This document shows, piece after piece, positions 27,423 through 37,111 of a stretch of DNA of 64,000 bases. Positions within the stretch are counted from its first letter, which is position 1, and each line of letters opens with the position of its first letter. The stretch is from an uncultured delta proteobacterium. GTDB lineage: Bacteria > Myxococcota_A > Polyangia > Polyangiales > JAFGIB01. Below the pieces are notes generated by a model. It was not told the origin of the DNA and made no database searches. It saw only the letters and a list, made by a program, of their open reading frames with translations. The stretch lies in NCBI GenBank assembly GCA_963778655.1, contig CAVZVA010000005.1, positions 288,001-352,000 of the forward strand, read 5' to 3'. The translations under genes and the position numbers were made by a program.

Positions 27423-28079
27423 ATGAGCGAAAAGTCAGACATCAAGGAGCCGGTCGACCGTAGGTCGGCCCGCGCCGAAGCCCAGCGCGGCCAGCGCAGG
27501 GACGCCATTCTCAAGGCCGCGGCGGTGCTGTTCAGCCGTCAGGGCTATCACGCCACCTCGGTCGCCGATGTGATCGCCGCAGCGGGCATCTCGCGCGGCA
27601 CGTTCTATCTCTACTTCGACAACAAGGACTCGCTCTTCCTCGAGCTGATGGAGCAGTTCATCAGGTCCATCACCGAGGTGGTCGAGGTGGTGGATCCGCA
27701 CGCACCCAATCCGACGCGCAAGATCTACGAGAACGTGCGGCGCGTGGTGGACGTGGTCTTCGACAATCAGGATCTGACGGTGATGGTGCTGCGCGAGGAT
27801 CTCGGCCTCAACCCCGAAGTGGACGAGCGGCTGGAGCGCTTCTACGGCTTCATGCGGGAGATGGTGCAGGGCGCGCTGGAGAACGGCGCACGGCTGCGGT
27901 TGATCCGCAAGGTCAACGAGCCGATCGTGGCCACGGCGCTGATCGGGGCGATCAAGGAGGTGTTCCTGCACCACCTGGTGATCGCGAAGGGCTCAGCGCC
28001 GACGCGCGAGTCCGTGGCCGAGTCTCTGCTCGATTTCGGGCTGCGCGGGCTGCTGCGCGTGCCCCTGGGCGAGGCCTGA
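27423..28079 (+). CDS. TetR/AcrR family regulator
   Basis: ILKAAAVLFSRQGYHATSVADVIAAAGISRGTFYLYFDNKDSL helix-turn-helix. Confidence 0.95.
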   Translation: MSEKSDIKEPVDRRSARAEAQRGQRRDAILKAAAVLFSRQGYHATSVADVIAAAGISRGTFYLYFDNKDSLFLELMEQFIRSITEVVEVVDPHAPNPTRKIYENVRRVVDVVFDNQDLTVMVLREDLGLNPEVDERLERFYGFMREMVQGALENGARLRLIRKVNEPIVATALIGAIKEVFLHHLVIAKGSAPTRESVAESLLDFGLRGLLRVPLGEA

Positions 28080-28101
28080 GCGATCGTTGCATAGTAACGG
28101 T

Positions 28102-29892
28102 ATGAGGTGGCGGCGGTGGTTGCGGTGCTGCGGCCTGCTCGCGGCGCTGGCATGGGCGGGCTGCAGCGGCGGCGGGCGCGCGGTGCCGCAGACCCAGCGG
28201 TCCAAGGGCGCCGCGCAGGCTACACGCCCGCCCGCGGCCGGCGACGGGGCCAGCGATTCGGGCACCATCGGCGACGACGACGGCGGCGGCGCGAGAGCCG
28301 GCTTCCCCAGCCGCCCGATCGCGCTGCGCTTCACCGAGGTGGCCGCGGAGGCGGGCCTCGACTACGTGCAGGCGCCGCCCGGAACCATGCTCGGCTGCGA
28401 GGACTCCACGCCGATGAAGTGCCCCTTCACCTCGGTGCACATGAGCGGCGGGGCCGCAGCCGGCGATTTCGATCGCGACGGCCTGGTGGACCTCTACGTG
28501 ACCCGTCTGGATCAGCCGGGGATCCTGTATCGCAACCGCGGCGACGGAACCTTCCAGGACGTGACCAAGAGCATGGGTCTCGATCAGGGCATCGGCGGCA
28601 ACGGCGCCGGCTGGGCCGACATCGACAACGACGGCGACCTCGACCTCTACGTCACCAGCGTGCTCGACAAGCGCTACTACCTGTTCGTGAACGACGGTGA
28701 TCGCTTCGTGGAGCAAGGCTCGGCCCGCGGGGCCGACCTCGCGACGGACTATCGCCATCACGGCTTCGGAGTGTCCTTCGGCGACTACGACCGCGACGGT
28801 TTCGTCGACCTGCACACCACCGAGTGGCTGCAGATCACGCTGGACAGCCCGGTTCCCAGCCACGCGCGCTTGCTGCACAACCGCGGGCGCTCGGCGCCAG
28901 GCTTCTTCGAGGACGCCACCGAGGAGGCCGGCGTCGACCTGCTGCAGGGCGTGCGCGCCACCCGGACCAGCTACAGCTCGGCCTTCGCCGACATGGACGG
29001 CGACGGCTGGCCGGAGCTGTTGGTGGTCGCGGACTTCGTGACCAGCCGAATGTTCTGGAACGATGGCGGCGGGAGCTTCACCGACGGCACGCTGTACTCG
29101 CACGTGGGCACCGACACCAACGGGATGGGCGAGGCGATCGGCGACTACGACGGCGACGGCGACATGGACTGGTTCGTGACCGCGATCTACGACCCGGACT
29201 ACAAGTGCGGCGACACCGACGCCTGCGCCTGGGGCACCAGCGGCAACCGCCTGTATCAGAACCAGGGCGACCGTAGCTTCGTCGACGTCACCGACGCCGC
29301 CGGCGTGCGCGACGGCGGCTGGGGTTGGGGCGCGGCCTTCGTCGACTATGACAACGACGGCGACCTGGACCTGGTGATGACCAACGGGGTCGACTTCCCG
29401 TACCCGGAAGCTGCGCTGTTTCGCAGCGACCCGATGCGGGTGTGGCGCAACGAAGGCGATGGCACGTTCACCGAGGTGTCGGCCTCGCTCGGCATCGATG
29501 ATCGCGGCGACGGCAAGGGCCTGCTCGTATTCGATTACGACGGAGACGGGGACCAGGATCTGTTCGTCGTCCAGCACGAGGGCTCGCCGCGCCTGTACCG
29601 CAACGACGGAGGCAACCGGCGCGCGTGGTTGCGCGTGCGTCTGGTCGGTAGCGTGTCCAACCGCGACGGGATCGGGGCCCGGCTCACGCTCACGCGCCGC
29701 CCGGGTGAGGCGCCCCTGGTGCGTGACCTGATGGGTGGCGGGGGGTTTCTGGGGCAATCGGAGATGGTGGTGCACTTCGGCCTGGGCGACTTCGAGGGGC
29801 CGCTTTCGGAGCTGCGGGTCGACTGGCCCAGCGGCCGCCGCCAGGTGCTCACCGGCGTGATGCCACGGCAGACCCTGGAGCTGCACGAGTAG
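28102..29892 (+). CDS. CRTAC1 / ASPIC-UnbV FG-GAP repeat lipoprotein
   Basis: WAGC lipobox; seven DxDxDGxxD repeats; C-terminal NRDGIGAR..HFGLG..WPSG. Confidence 0.88.
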   Translation: MRWRRWLRCCGLLAALAWAGCSGGGRAVPQTQRSKGAAQATRPPAAGDGASDSGTIGDDDGGGARAGFPSRPIALRFTEVAAEAGLDYVQAPPGTMLGCEDSTPMKCPFTSVHMSGGAAAGDFDRDGLVDLYVTRLDQPGILYRNRGDGTFQDVTKSMGLDQGIGGNGAGWADIDNDGDLDLYVTSVLDKRYYLFVNDGDRFVEQGSARGADLATDYRHHGFGVSFGDYDRDGFVDLHTTEWLQITLDSPVPSHARLLHNRGRSAPGFFEDATEEAGVDLLQGVRATRTSYSSAFADMDGDGWPELLVVADFVTSRMFWNDGGGSFTDGTLYSHVGTDTNGMGEAIGDYDGDGDMDWFVTAIYDPDYKCGDTDACAWGTSGNRLYQNQGDRSFVDVTDAAGVRDGGWGWGAAFVDYDNDGDLDLVMTNGVDFPYPEAALFRSDPMRVWRNEGDGTFTEVSASLGIDDRGDGKGLLVFDYDGDGDQDLFVVQHEGSPRLYRNDGGNRRAWLRVRLVGSVSNRDGIGARLTLTRRPGEAPLVRDLMGGGGFLGQSEMVVHFGLGDFEGPLSELRVDWPSGRRQVLTGVMPRQTLELHE

Positions 29893-29973
29893 GTTGGGCA
29901 AATTGCGTTTGTGGCATAAAAATATGCCTTTACTGCTTGACCGGATGGCCGTGGCGATCCCAAGCTGTAGGTA

Positions 29974-31881
29974 GTGTCCAAAGGTTTCGGCGACGTCTTG
30001 CGCCCCATGAGCGGTGATGTGGGTGAGCAGGCAGGCCCGGGTGGGCTGGCCGCGGTGCTGTGCCGCCTGGCGCGCGACGGCTTCACCGGGGTGGTCTACG
30101 CCGAGCGTGACGACGACGCCGGCGCGGTGTTTTCGTTGCTCGCCGGACGCGTGGTGTTCGTGGAAGACCTGGGCGACGAGCAGAGCATTCCAGACATGCT
30201 GCTCGAGCGCGGGTTGCTCGACGAGCGACAGTACGCGGAGATCGCGGCCGACGTGGTGGAATCACTGGCGGAGAACGAGGACGTCGCCTTCTGCCAGCAG
30301 GCCGTCAGCAAGGGCATCCTGAGCCAGGATCAAGTCGACGCGGAGCTCGACCGGCGCGTCCGCGGGCGCATCATCCAGGCGGTCGGCTGGCGCAGCTGCC
30401 GGATCGAGCTCGACCCCGATCCGGACACGCTGCTCGGCATCCCCGAGTACCCGCAGCAGATCGCGCCCCTGGTGCACACCGGCGTACGCACCTTTTACGA
30501 CGAAGAGCGCGTGCGCGCGACGCTGCGACACGACGGCGCGCTGTACGTGCGCCTGACGCGCTCCGCCGACGAGCTGGCCGAGCTACTCTCGCTCGACGAG
30601 GTCGAGGCGGGGCTGCTGCGCTGCCTCAAGCCCGACGCGCCGGTCACGACGGCGTTCGAGGAGTGCGCCGCCGAGCCGCTCGACGCCTGGCAGCTGCTGT
30701 GTACGCTGGTGATCGCGGACCTTGCGGAGACGTCGAGCGCGCCGCTGTCGCCGGCCGAGCGCTCCGGCGTTCGCAGCACGCAGGCAATGACCGGCCGGCA
30801 CGGGCTCGGGGGCGGCGTGCGCGAGGAACGCGCCGGGCCGGGCTCGCAGGCGCGGATGCCCGCGGTGGGGCCGGATGGCAGGGCCGCCGGATCGCAGGGC
30901 CGCATCCCTGCCGCCGTGGCCGAGGGAGCGCTGCAGCACTCGCAGCCGCGCATGCCCGCGGCCGGACCGGTCGAGCGCACCGCGCCGCCTGCAGCGCAGG
31001 CCCCGCCAGCGCGGGCCGCTCGCGTGCGCGGGACCGGCTACAGCAGCGCCACCATCCAGGCGATCCAGGCGGAGCAAATCAAGACCGCCGCCGCGCCTTC
31101 CGCATCAAGCACGGCGCGCGCGCCCAACGCTCGCGGCCAGGCCGCCGAAGCACCCAGGCCCCAGCCCGCGCCCGAGCCGGAGGTGACGGTACGCCGATCG
31201 GCGCGGCCCGGGCGCGAGCGGCGGCGGCCGCGCAAGCTGAGCGTCGCGCTCAAGCGGCTCGACCGCGAGCTCAAGCAGCTGCGGCCACCCAGCAGCGCCG
31301 CGACGCCGGCCGCCCCGCAGCCGACCGAGACCTCGGCGCAGGCGCCCGCGGGCATGAGCGCGGGCAAGGCGCACCTCGAGCAGCTCCGGCGCATGCGCGC
31401 CGCCGCGCTCAGCCAGCGGCGCGCGGCCACCCCCACCGGGGGTGAGCGCAGCGTGGGGGAGACCTTCCGCATGGCGCAGGAGGCGCTGCGCGATCAGCAA
31501 TTTCCCCGCGCGCACGAGCTGATGCGCAAGGTCTGCGAGCACGCGCCCGACGATGAGGTCTACTCCATGTTCTGCATGTGGGCTGGCTTTCGCGCCGGTG
31601 CGCTCGCCGATGACGGCGTCACGAAGCTGCGCAATGCGTTGCGGATGAAGGTCAGCGACGACGAGCACAAGGCATTCGCGTACTACGCGCTCGGCCACGT
31701 CTCGCTGCACGACAAGAAGGACGACGCGGCCGAGAAGTTCTTCCGGCGCGCGGTCGAGCTGGACAAGCACAACAAGGACGCCGAGCGCCACCTGCGCATC
31801 ATCGAGCTGCGCCGCAAGACCGCGGCCGTGAACGAGAAGTCGAACAAGATCTTCGGGATCGAGATCAAGAAGAAGTCGTAG
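29974..31881 (+). CDS. DUF4388-like domain, Pro/Ala linker and TPR protein
   Basis: FTGVV..GRVVFV..DMLLERGLL N-domain; TPR AYYALGHV..FRRAVELD. Alternative start at ATG 30007. Confidence 0.7.
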   Translation: MSKGFGDVLRPMSGDVGEQAGPGGLAAVLCRLARDGFTGVVYAERDDDAGAVFSLLAGRVVFVEDLGDEQSIPDMLLERGLLDERQYAEIAADVVESLAENEDVAFCQQAVSKGILSQDQVDAELDRRVRGRIIQAVGWRSCRIELDPDPDTLLGIPEYPQQIAPLVHTGVRTFYDEERVRATLRHDGALYVRLTRSADELAELLSLDEVEAGLLRCLKPDAPVTTAFEECAAEPLDAWQLLCTLVIADLAETSSAPLSPAERSGVRSTQAMTGRHGLGGGVREERAGPGSQARMPAVGPDGRAAGSQGRIPAAVAEGALQHSQPRMPAAGPVERTAPPAAQAPPARAARVRGTGYSSATIQAIQAEQIKTAAAPSASSTARAPNARGQAAEAPRPQPAPEPEVTVRRSARPGRERRRPRKLSVALKRLDRELKQLRPPSSAATPAAPQPTETSAQAPAGMSAGKAHLEQLRRMRAAALSQRRAATPTGGERSVGETFRMAQEALRDQQFPRAHELMRKVCEHAPDDEVYSMFCMWAGFRAGALADDGVTKLRNALRMKVSDDEHKAFAYYALGHVSLHDKKDDAAEKFFRRAVELDKHNKDAERHLRIIELRRKTAAVNEKSNKIFGIEIKKKS

Positions 31882-31931
31882 TGAGGCGTTGCGGGCCTCC
31901 CCGTCCGCCTGCAGGTCGCACAGGCAGAATG

Positions 31932-31985
31932 CACAGGAAGACGGGAAGAAGATCGCCCGCTTCCGTCGTCCTGCCTTCCCGTTGA
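31932..31985. repeat. REP-like hairpin, copy 1
   Basis: CACAGGAAGACGGGAAG...CGTCCTGCCTTCCCGTTG between convergent genes. Confidence 0.6.
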
Positions 31986-32000
31986 ATCTTACTCGACTGG

Positions 32001-33941
32001 CTAGCCGCAGACGCCGTTGCTGCAGGCGCAGCCGCCCAGGCCGAGGAAGCCGCAGCCGCTGGTCGGGCAGGCATGCCCGCAGGTGCCGCAGTTGCGGTTG
32101 TCGCTGTTGTACGCGCTGTTGGGATTGACGCAGTTGCCGCCGCAGCACTCCTGGGTGGAGCCGCAGACGTGCCCGCACGAGCCGCAGTTGGCCGCGTCGG
32201 TATCGGTGTCCACACAGGCGAGCTTGCCGTCCACCGTGCAGGCCAGCACGCTCGCGGCGCCCGGGCAGTCGCAGTTGCCGGAGTTGCAGGTCGCGGTGTC
32301 GGGACAGACCACGTCGCAACCCCCGCAGTGGTCGGGATCGGTCTGCAGGTTCGCGCAGCCGCCGTTGGGCCCGGAGCAATGGGTCTTGCCCGCGTCGGTG
32401 TTGATGCAGACGCAGCTGTAGTCCGCCGCGGTATTTCCGCTGCCCGTCTTCTGGCAGGCCGAGTCGTCGAGGCAAGCATTGCCGCACGCGCCGCAGTTCT
32501 TGGTGCTGGTGACATCGATGCAGGCGTACGTCCCGTCGGTTGCACCGGTGACCGCGTCCTCGTCGCAGTACTTCTGGGTCGCGCCGCCGGCGCAGCTGCA
32601 CTCGCCGGCGTCGCAGGTCGCACCGCTCTCGCAGGTCAATCCGCACTTGCCGCAGTCCTCGATCGGAGCGGTGCTCGCCGCGCCCGTGCTCAGATCAACG
32701 CAGTGATCGCCGCACGCGGTCTCGCCCACCGTCGGGCACTGGCAGCTGCCGGTGCGGCACACGCTGGCAGGCGTCGTGCAGGTATCGCCGCAGGAGCCGC
32801 AGTTCGCAGTCGTGCCCAGTGCCACGCAGGCGCCATGACAGGGCACATCGTTCACGTTCGGGCAGTAGCAGCCGAGCGCGCGGCCGCTCGGCTTGCGGCA
32901 GGTGGTCGGCGCCTCGCAGGTGGTGTCGCACGCGCCGCAATGGTCAGCGTTGTCGAGCGTGACGCAGGTGCCGTGGCATGCCACGGCGCCGGCGGTGTCA
33001 CACTGGCACTGGCCCGCGACGCAGCTCGCACCGTTGGCGCAGTGACGCCTGCAACTGCCGCAATTGTTGCGGTCGGTCTGTTCGTCGACGCACTGGGTCC
33101 CGCACACTGAGTCCCCGCTGTTCGGGCACTGGCACACGCCGGCCACGCAGGTCGAGCCGCCGCGGCAGGCCTGGCCGCAGCTGCCGCAGTTTGCGTTGTC
33201 GTTGCGTAGGTCGAAGCAGCTGTCGCCACAGCAGGCTTCGCCCGCCGCGCAGCCCGCCCCCGAGCCGCACATGCAACTGCCGGTCGCGGCGCAATGCTGG
33301 TCCGGCGGGCAGCCGGGGCCGGTCCCGCACTGGCAGACCGTGCCCATAGCGCTCGACACGCAATCTTCGTTGGGCGGGCAGCCGTTGTCACCGATCAGCT
33401 CGGCCGAGCCGCCGCCACCGGAGGGGGGCGTCGAGATCCCTGCGTCCTCGTCGGCGAACCCCGCGTCGACGTCGCTGCCCCCTGCATGCACCGGCTCGCC
33501 TGGCGCCCCGCCGCACATCGCGGCCATGCACGCGCCTGCGACGCAGCTCTCGGTGGGCGTGCAGGCGTGGCCGCAGGCACCGCAGTTGGCGTGGTCGCTC
33601 GCGAGCGTCGCGCACACTCCGCTGCAGCACGCGCCGCCGGGACAATCGGCGTCGCCGACGCACACGTTGGCGCAGGCGCCGCTCACACACTGTTGCCCGG
33701 GTGCGCAGGTCACCGCGCCGCACTGGACGCCGGTCTGGGTCGAGCCGCCGGCTCCGCCCGTCGTGCCGCCGGTTGCGCCCATCGCGCCGCCGGTTGCGCC
33801 CACCGTGCCGCCGGTCGAGCCGCCGAAGCCGGGCAGTCCCGCTGCACCGCCGCCGTTCTTGTGTCCGCCGCAGCCCGCTACCAACAGCGCGCCGATCAGC
33901 GCGCTCCTCGCAGCCACCACCACCAAACGCTCCGCGCTCAT
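32001..33941 (-). CDS. Cys-rich repeat lipoprotein (about 10 CVD..D..NCGxCG..C repeats)
   Basis: VAGC lipobox; Gly/Thr linker; Stig1-like myxobacterial repeats. Confidence 0.8.
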   Translation of the reverse strand: MSAERLVVVAARSALIGALLVAGCGGHKNGGGAAGLPGFGGSTGGTVGATGGAMGATGGTTGGAGGSTQTGVQCGAVTCAPGQQCVSGACANVCVGDADCPGGACCSGVCATLASDHANCGACGHACTPTESCVAGACMAAMCGGAPGEPVHAGGSDVDAGFADEDAGISTPPSGGGGSAELIGDNGCPPNEDCVSSAMGTVCQCGTGPGCPPDQHCAATGSCMCGSGAGCAAGEACCGDSCFDLRNDNANCGSCGQACRGGSTCVAGVCQCPNSGDSVCGTQCVDEQTDRNNCGSCRRHCANGASCVAGQCQCDTAGAVACHGTCVTLDNADHCGACDTTCEAPTTCRKPSGRALGCYCPNVNDVPCHGACVALGTTANCGSCGDTCTTPASVCRTGSCQCPTVGETACGDHCVDLSTGAASTAPIEDCGKCGLTCESGATCDAGECSCAGGATQKYCDEDAVTGATDGTYACIDVTSTKNCGACGNACLDDSACQKTGSGNTAADYSCVCINTDAGKTHCSGPNGGCANLQTDPDHCGGCDVVCPDTATCNSGNCDCPGAASVLACTVDGKLACVDTDTDAANCGSCGHVCGSTQECCGGNCVNPNSAYNSDNRNCGTCGHACPTSGCGFLGLGGCACSNGVCG

Positions 33942-34089
33942 GCCGCCACCTAACCCTTGCAAGCAAGCCCGCCCCGGCCGCGCCACCCGCCAAAACCCAA
34001 ACGCCGGGGTATCACAAGCCCAACGCGTTGGGTACCGGCAAGGAGCGACCCAGTCCGGCCGCGGGTGGCAGCTCCGGCCAACACAGGGG

Positions 34090-34893
34090 CTATGGGCGGA
34101 CGCGGAACAGGCGCTCGAAGTTGTCTTCGAGCTGGCTCCGGGTCGCGCGCTCGTCCAGGCCCCACAGCCGTCCGGCGTAGGCGGCGGTGCCGGCGACGTT
34201 GGCCGGCTCGTTGCGGGCTCCCGGCTCTGGGGCGAGGTACGGGCAGTCGGTCTCGAGCAGCACGCGCTCGCGCGGCAATGTCTGCAGCATGCGTGTGAAG
34301 CTTTCGGAGCGCTGGGCGTTGGCCGGGATCGATAGGTAATGGCCGCGCTCCGCGATCTTGCGTGCCAGCTTCACCCGACCGCCGAAGCAGTGCCAGCTCA
34401 CACGCTCGGCACCGAGCTCATCGAGGATTTCCAGCGCGCGCGCCTCGCGCTTGCGGGTGTGGATGATGACCGGCTTGTCGGCGTCGAGCGCGATCGCCAC
34501 CGCGTCGCGGAACGCCTGCTCCTGGATCGGCCACAGCGCCTCCGGCACCCAGTAGCCGTCCAGCCCGATTTCGCCCACGGCGAACGCGCGTCCGACGTTT
34601 TGCCGCAGGTAGGCGATGCCTTCCTCGGTGGAGCACTCGTCGCCCTCACGCGGGTAGGGTACGCCCGCGGCGCGCATCTGCGGCAGCACGCTGTCGACCG
34701 GATAGAAGCCGAGTGCGGGGCGCACCATCGGCAGGCGCGCCGCGAGCTCCAGCACCGCCTCGTTGTCGCGCGGATTGAGTCCGTTCGTGATGATGGTGGT
34801 GAGGCCGGCCGCGCGCGCGCGCGCCAACACCGCCTCGCAGTCGCCGGCCAGCTTCTCGTGGGTGAGGTGTGCGTGTACGTCGAACAGGCCCAT
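34090..34893 (-). CDS. tatD: TatD family hydrolase
   Basis: DVHAH, GEIGLD, IIHTR, HCF and LETDCP motifs. Confidence 0.92.
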   Translation of the reverse strand: MGLFDVHAHLTHEKLAGDCEAVLARARAAGLTTIITNGLNPRDNEAVLELAARLPMVRPALGFYPVDSVLPQMRAAGVPYPREGDECSTEEGIAYLRQNVGRAFAVGEIGLDGYWVPEALWPIQEQAFRDAVAIALDADKPVIIHTRKREARALEILDELGAERVSWHCFGGRVKLARKIAERGHYLSIPANAQRSESFTRMLQTLPRERVLLETDCPYLAPEPGARNEPANVAGTAAYAGRLWGLDERATRSQLEDNFERLFRVRP

Positions 34894-34896
34894 CGC

Positions 34897-35469
34897 TCAC
34901 TCCCGCCCCGCGCGGGCGGCTTGCGCGCGCAGCCGCAGCTTGCGCGCCGCGCGCAGCACCGAGCGATCGGGAGCGCCGGCCTCGATCTCCTCGAGCGGGA
35001 CGAAGCGCGCGGCGTGGAGCTCGTTGCCCGCGCGCAATTGCAGGCTGTGCGCGCGGAACAGCAGCCGCACGTCGAAGTGCTCGTGCGCCGGCTCGCGAGC
35101 CAGCGCCGGGATCGCGTGCACGTCGAGGTCGAAGATGCCGTCGACCTCGAGCGGTAGATCCGCGAGGCCCACCTCCTCGGCCAGCTCCCGGCGCGCGGCT
35201 GCGACGATGTCGCGGTCGCCGGCTTCGACGTGGCCGCCGGGTTGCAGCCAGCGGTCGAGCTTGCGGTGATGCACCAGCAGCAGCGCGCTGCCGTCGGGCG
35301 AGAGCACGAAGCCGCTCGCGGTGAAGTGCCCGGGCGCAAAGGACGCGCGTGCGAAGGGGTCGGCGGCGCCATCGAGCAGCGCCAGCATCCGGCCCTTGTG
35401 TGCCTGCTCCTCGGCGTCGAGCGCGCGGTGGGCGCGCAGCAGGCCTGCCAGCGAGCGGGTTCTGGACAT
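34897..35469 (-). CDS. NUDIX hydrolase
   Basis: GHFTAS, HHRKLDRWLQPGGH, Nudix box ARRELAEEVG, HEHFD. Confidence 0.9.
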   Translation of the reverse strand: MSRTRSLAGLLRAHRALDAEEQAHKGRMLALLDGAADPFARASFAPGHFTASGFVLSPDGSALLLVHHRKLDRWLQPGGHVEAGDRDIVAAARRELAEEVGLADLPLEVDGIFDLDVHAIPALAREPAHEHFDVRLLFRAHSLQLRAGNELHAARFVPLEEIEAGAPDRSVLRAARKLRLRAQAARAGRE

Positions 35470-35550
35470 TGCGGCCCAGCGTAGCAGCACCCAGGCCCCT
35501 TGCAGGCCAATGTAATCTAGTGTAGGTGTAAGGGATACCGAGGTACTCCG

Positions 35551-36009
35551 ATGCTCGCCAAGGCGCCCCATCTCTCGCCCCGCCTGATCGCCCGATCACT
35601 TGACCAGCTTCGCGCCTGCCAGCCGGACACGGATACAGAGCCGGCTGCGTTGCACCAGCAAGCGATCCAGGTCTTGGTCGCGCTCGACGGCCTGCGCGAT
35701 CTCGAGCTCCCGCTCGCGGTCGAGGTACCTTCGGCGCTCGACGACGACGAGGTGGCGCAATGGGAGCTGGTCGCGCGCTTGCTCGCGCAGGCCGAGGGCG
35801 TGCTGCGGGGCAGCGCGCACCTGCGCCGGGTCGAATGCCTGCGGCGGGTGTTGCCGGGGCACGCCGTGCAGCTGCTGCGCCGAGGGCGGGCAGCCGCCGA
35901 TCACCTGCACACGCTACGCGCGCGCGTTGACTTCGTGCGCGACGGCAGCGGCACGGTCGCGGCGGCGGCGGAGCCCGTGCATGTCGCCCGCTCGGCGCGC
36001 CTGCAGTAG
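35551..36009 (+). CDS. Hypothetical protein
   Basis: GAGG RBS; helical 152-aa ORF filling the gap; no motif recognised. Confidence 0.5.
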   Translation: MLAKAPHLSPRLIARSLDQLRACQPDTDTEPAALHQQAIQVLVALDGLRDLELPLAVEVPSALDDDEVAQWELVARLLAQAEGVLRGSAHLRRVECLRRVLPGHAVQLLRRGRAAADHLHTLRARVDFVRDGSGTVAAAAEPVHVARSARLQ

Positions 36010-36055
36010 CTAGCCAAAGGTCGCGCGCAAGCGAGCGCGGCGGCCGCCGCGCCGG

Positions 36056-36340
36056 TCATTCGCCTTCGGTCTTGGCGGGCGCGACGTAGCCTTCCGGAGC
36101 GCTCGATCCCTCGCCGAAGAAGAACTTCTCGAGCTCCGTGAGCCAGATCCGATTCGCCTCCGGGGTTCCCAGCTCGAGCCGGTACTCGTTCACGATCATG
36201 GTCGAATGCGCGATCCACGCCTTCCACGCTTCCTTCGACACGTGCTCGTAGATCCGCTGCCCCAGCTCGCCCTTGATCGGCGGCCGATCCAGGCCTTCGG
36301 CCTCCTTGCCGAGCTTCACGCATTGCACCATTCGCGCCAT
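36056..36340 (-). CDS. yggX: Fe(II)-trafficking / oxidative damage protection protein
   Basis: [38 protein letters not shown]. Confidence 0.95.
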   Translation of the reverse strand: MARMVQCVKLGKEAEGLDRPPIKGELGQRIYEHVSKEAWKAWIAHSTMIVNEYRLELGTPEANRIWLTELEKFFFGEGSSAPEGYVAPAKTEGE

Positions 36341-36476
36341 GGCAGGGTTGTGGAGGCCACAGGCGCCTTCGTCAAGCGCTTGGGCCGCTGCGCGCGCGCA
36401 CAAAGGCGTTGCACCCCCGGTACCTACGTGCGAGGAAGGGCAGCGGTGAGTCCTCGCATCCAAGGGGTGGCATTGC

Positions 36477-37091
36477 GTGGCTGAGCGACCTCCCAACGGG
36501 ACCGGTCCCGAGGCCGGATCTGCGCCGCAGGCTGGCGAGGACCCGGGCGCCGAGCCCGCGGAGCGCTCGAGCCGCGGCCGGATCGTGATCCGTTCGTCGT
36601 CGCATCCGCCCGAGGCGCCGCTCACGCATCCGCCGCTGGACGCGCGCGATCATTCGGGCGCGCGGGCGCTGCCGCTCCCGGCCGACCCCGCCGAGGGCGA
36701 AGAGGCGCGCTCCAAGAAGGCCACGCCCGCGGAGCGACCGCGCCGGCGGCGCGAGGTCCAGGCACGTGCGCTCGAGCGCGCACGCATGGATACGCCGGCG
36801 GCGCGGCCTCGCTCGCGCCGCCGTGCCAGCGATCCGGCGCTGTTGGGCAACGACGCGCAAGCGGCCGAGCCGCCCATGCCGGGCGCGTCTGCGGGCGCTC
36901 CGCCTCCGCCCGTGGGTGCCGCGCCAAACGTGCCGCAAGCGCCGCTTGCTCCGGACGCGCGGGCGCGCGCGATCGTTCCCGAGCCTGCGTCGGGCGTGCA
37001 GCCCGCGCGGCGTCCGCGCCGCGGCGTCGCCATTGTGGTGGGAGCCGCGCTGCTCGCGATCGGCGTGTTGTGGCTGCTGTGGCGGGGCTGA
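36477..37091 (+). CDS. Hypothetical Pro-rich protein with a C-terminal membrane anchor
   Basis: Disordered body ending [24 protein letters not shown]. Confidence 0.5.
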   Translation: MAERPPNGTGPEAGSAPQAGEDPGAEPAERSSRGRIVIRSSSHPPEAPLTHPPLDARDHSGARALPLPADPAEGEEARSKKATPAERPRRRREVQARALERARMDTPAARPRSRRRASDPALLGNDAQAAEPPMPGASAGAPPPPVGAAPNVPQAPLAPDARARAIVPEPASGVQPARRPRRGVAIVVGAALLAIGVLWLLWRG

Positions 37092-37111
37092 GGCGGCCCG
37101 CGCGCGCGGCG

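Noticed and set aside
17352..28079. Calling the lipid operon elbA-E or an NRPS/PKS cluster
   Set aside because: No carrier-protein, acyltransferase, condensation or ketosynthase domain seen; similarity to elb is only partial.
29900..29935. dif/Xer site or sigma54 promoter
   Set aside because: Lacks the XerD arm TTATGTTAAA, and the GG-to-GC spacing is 11 rather than 10.
32001..33941. Possible multiheme cytochrome or ferredoxin (many CxxC)
   Set aside because: The motifs are CGxCG/D/R, not CxxCH, and the protein is an exported lipoprotein with disulfide-type repeats.
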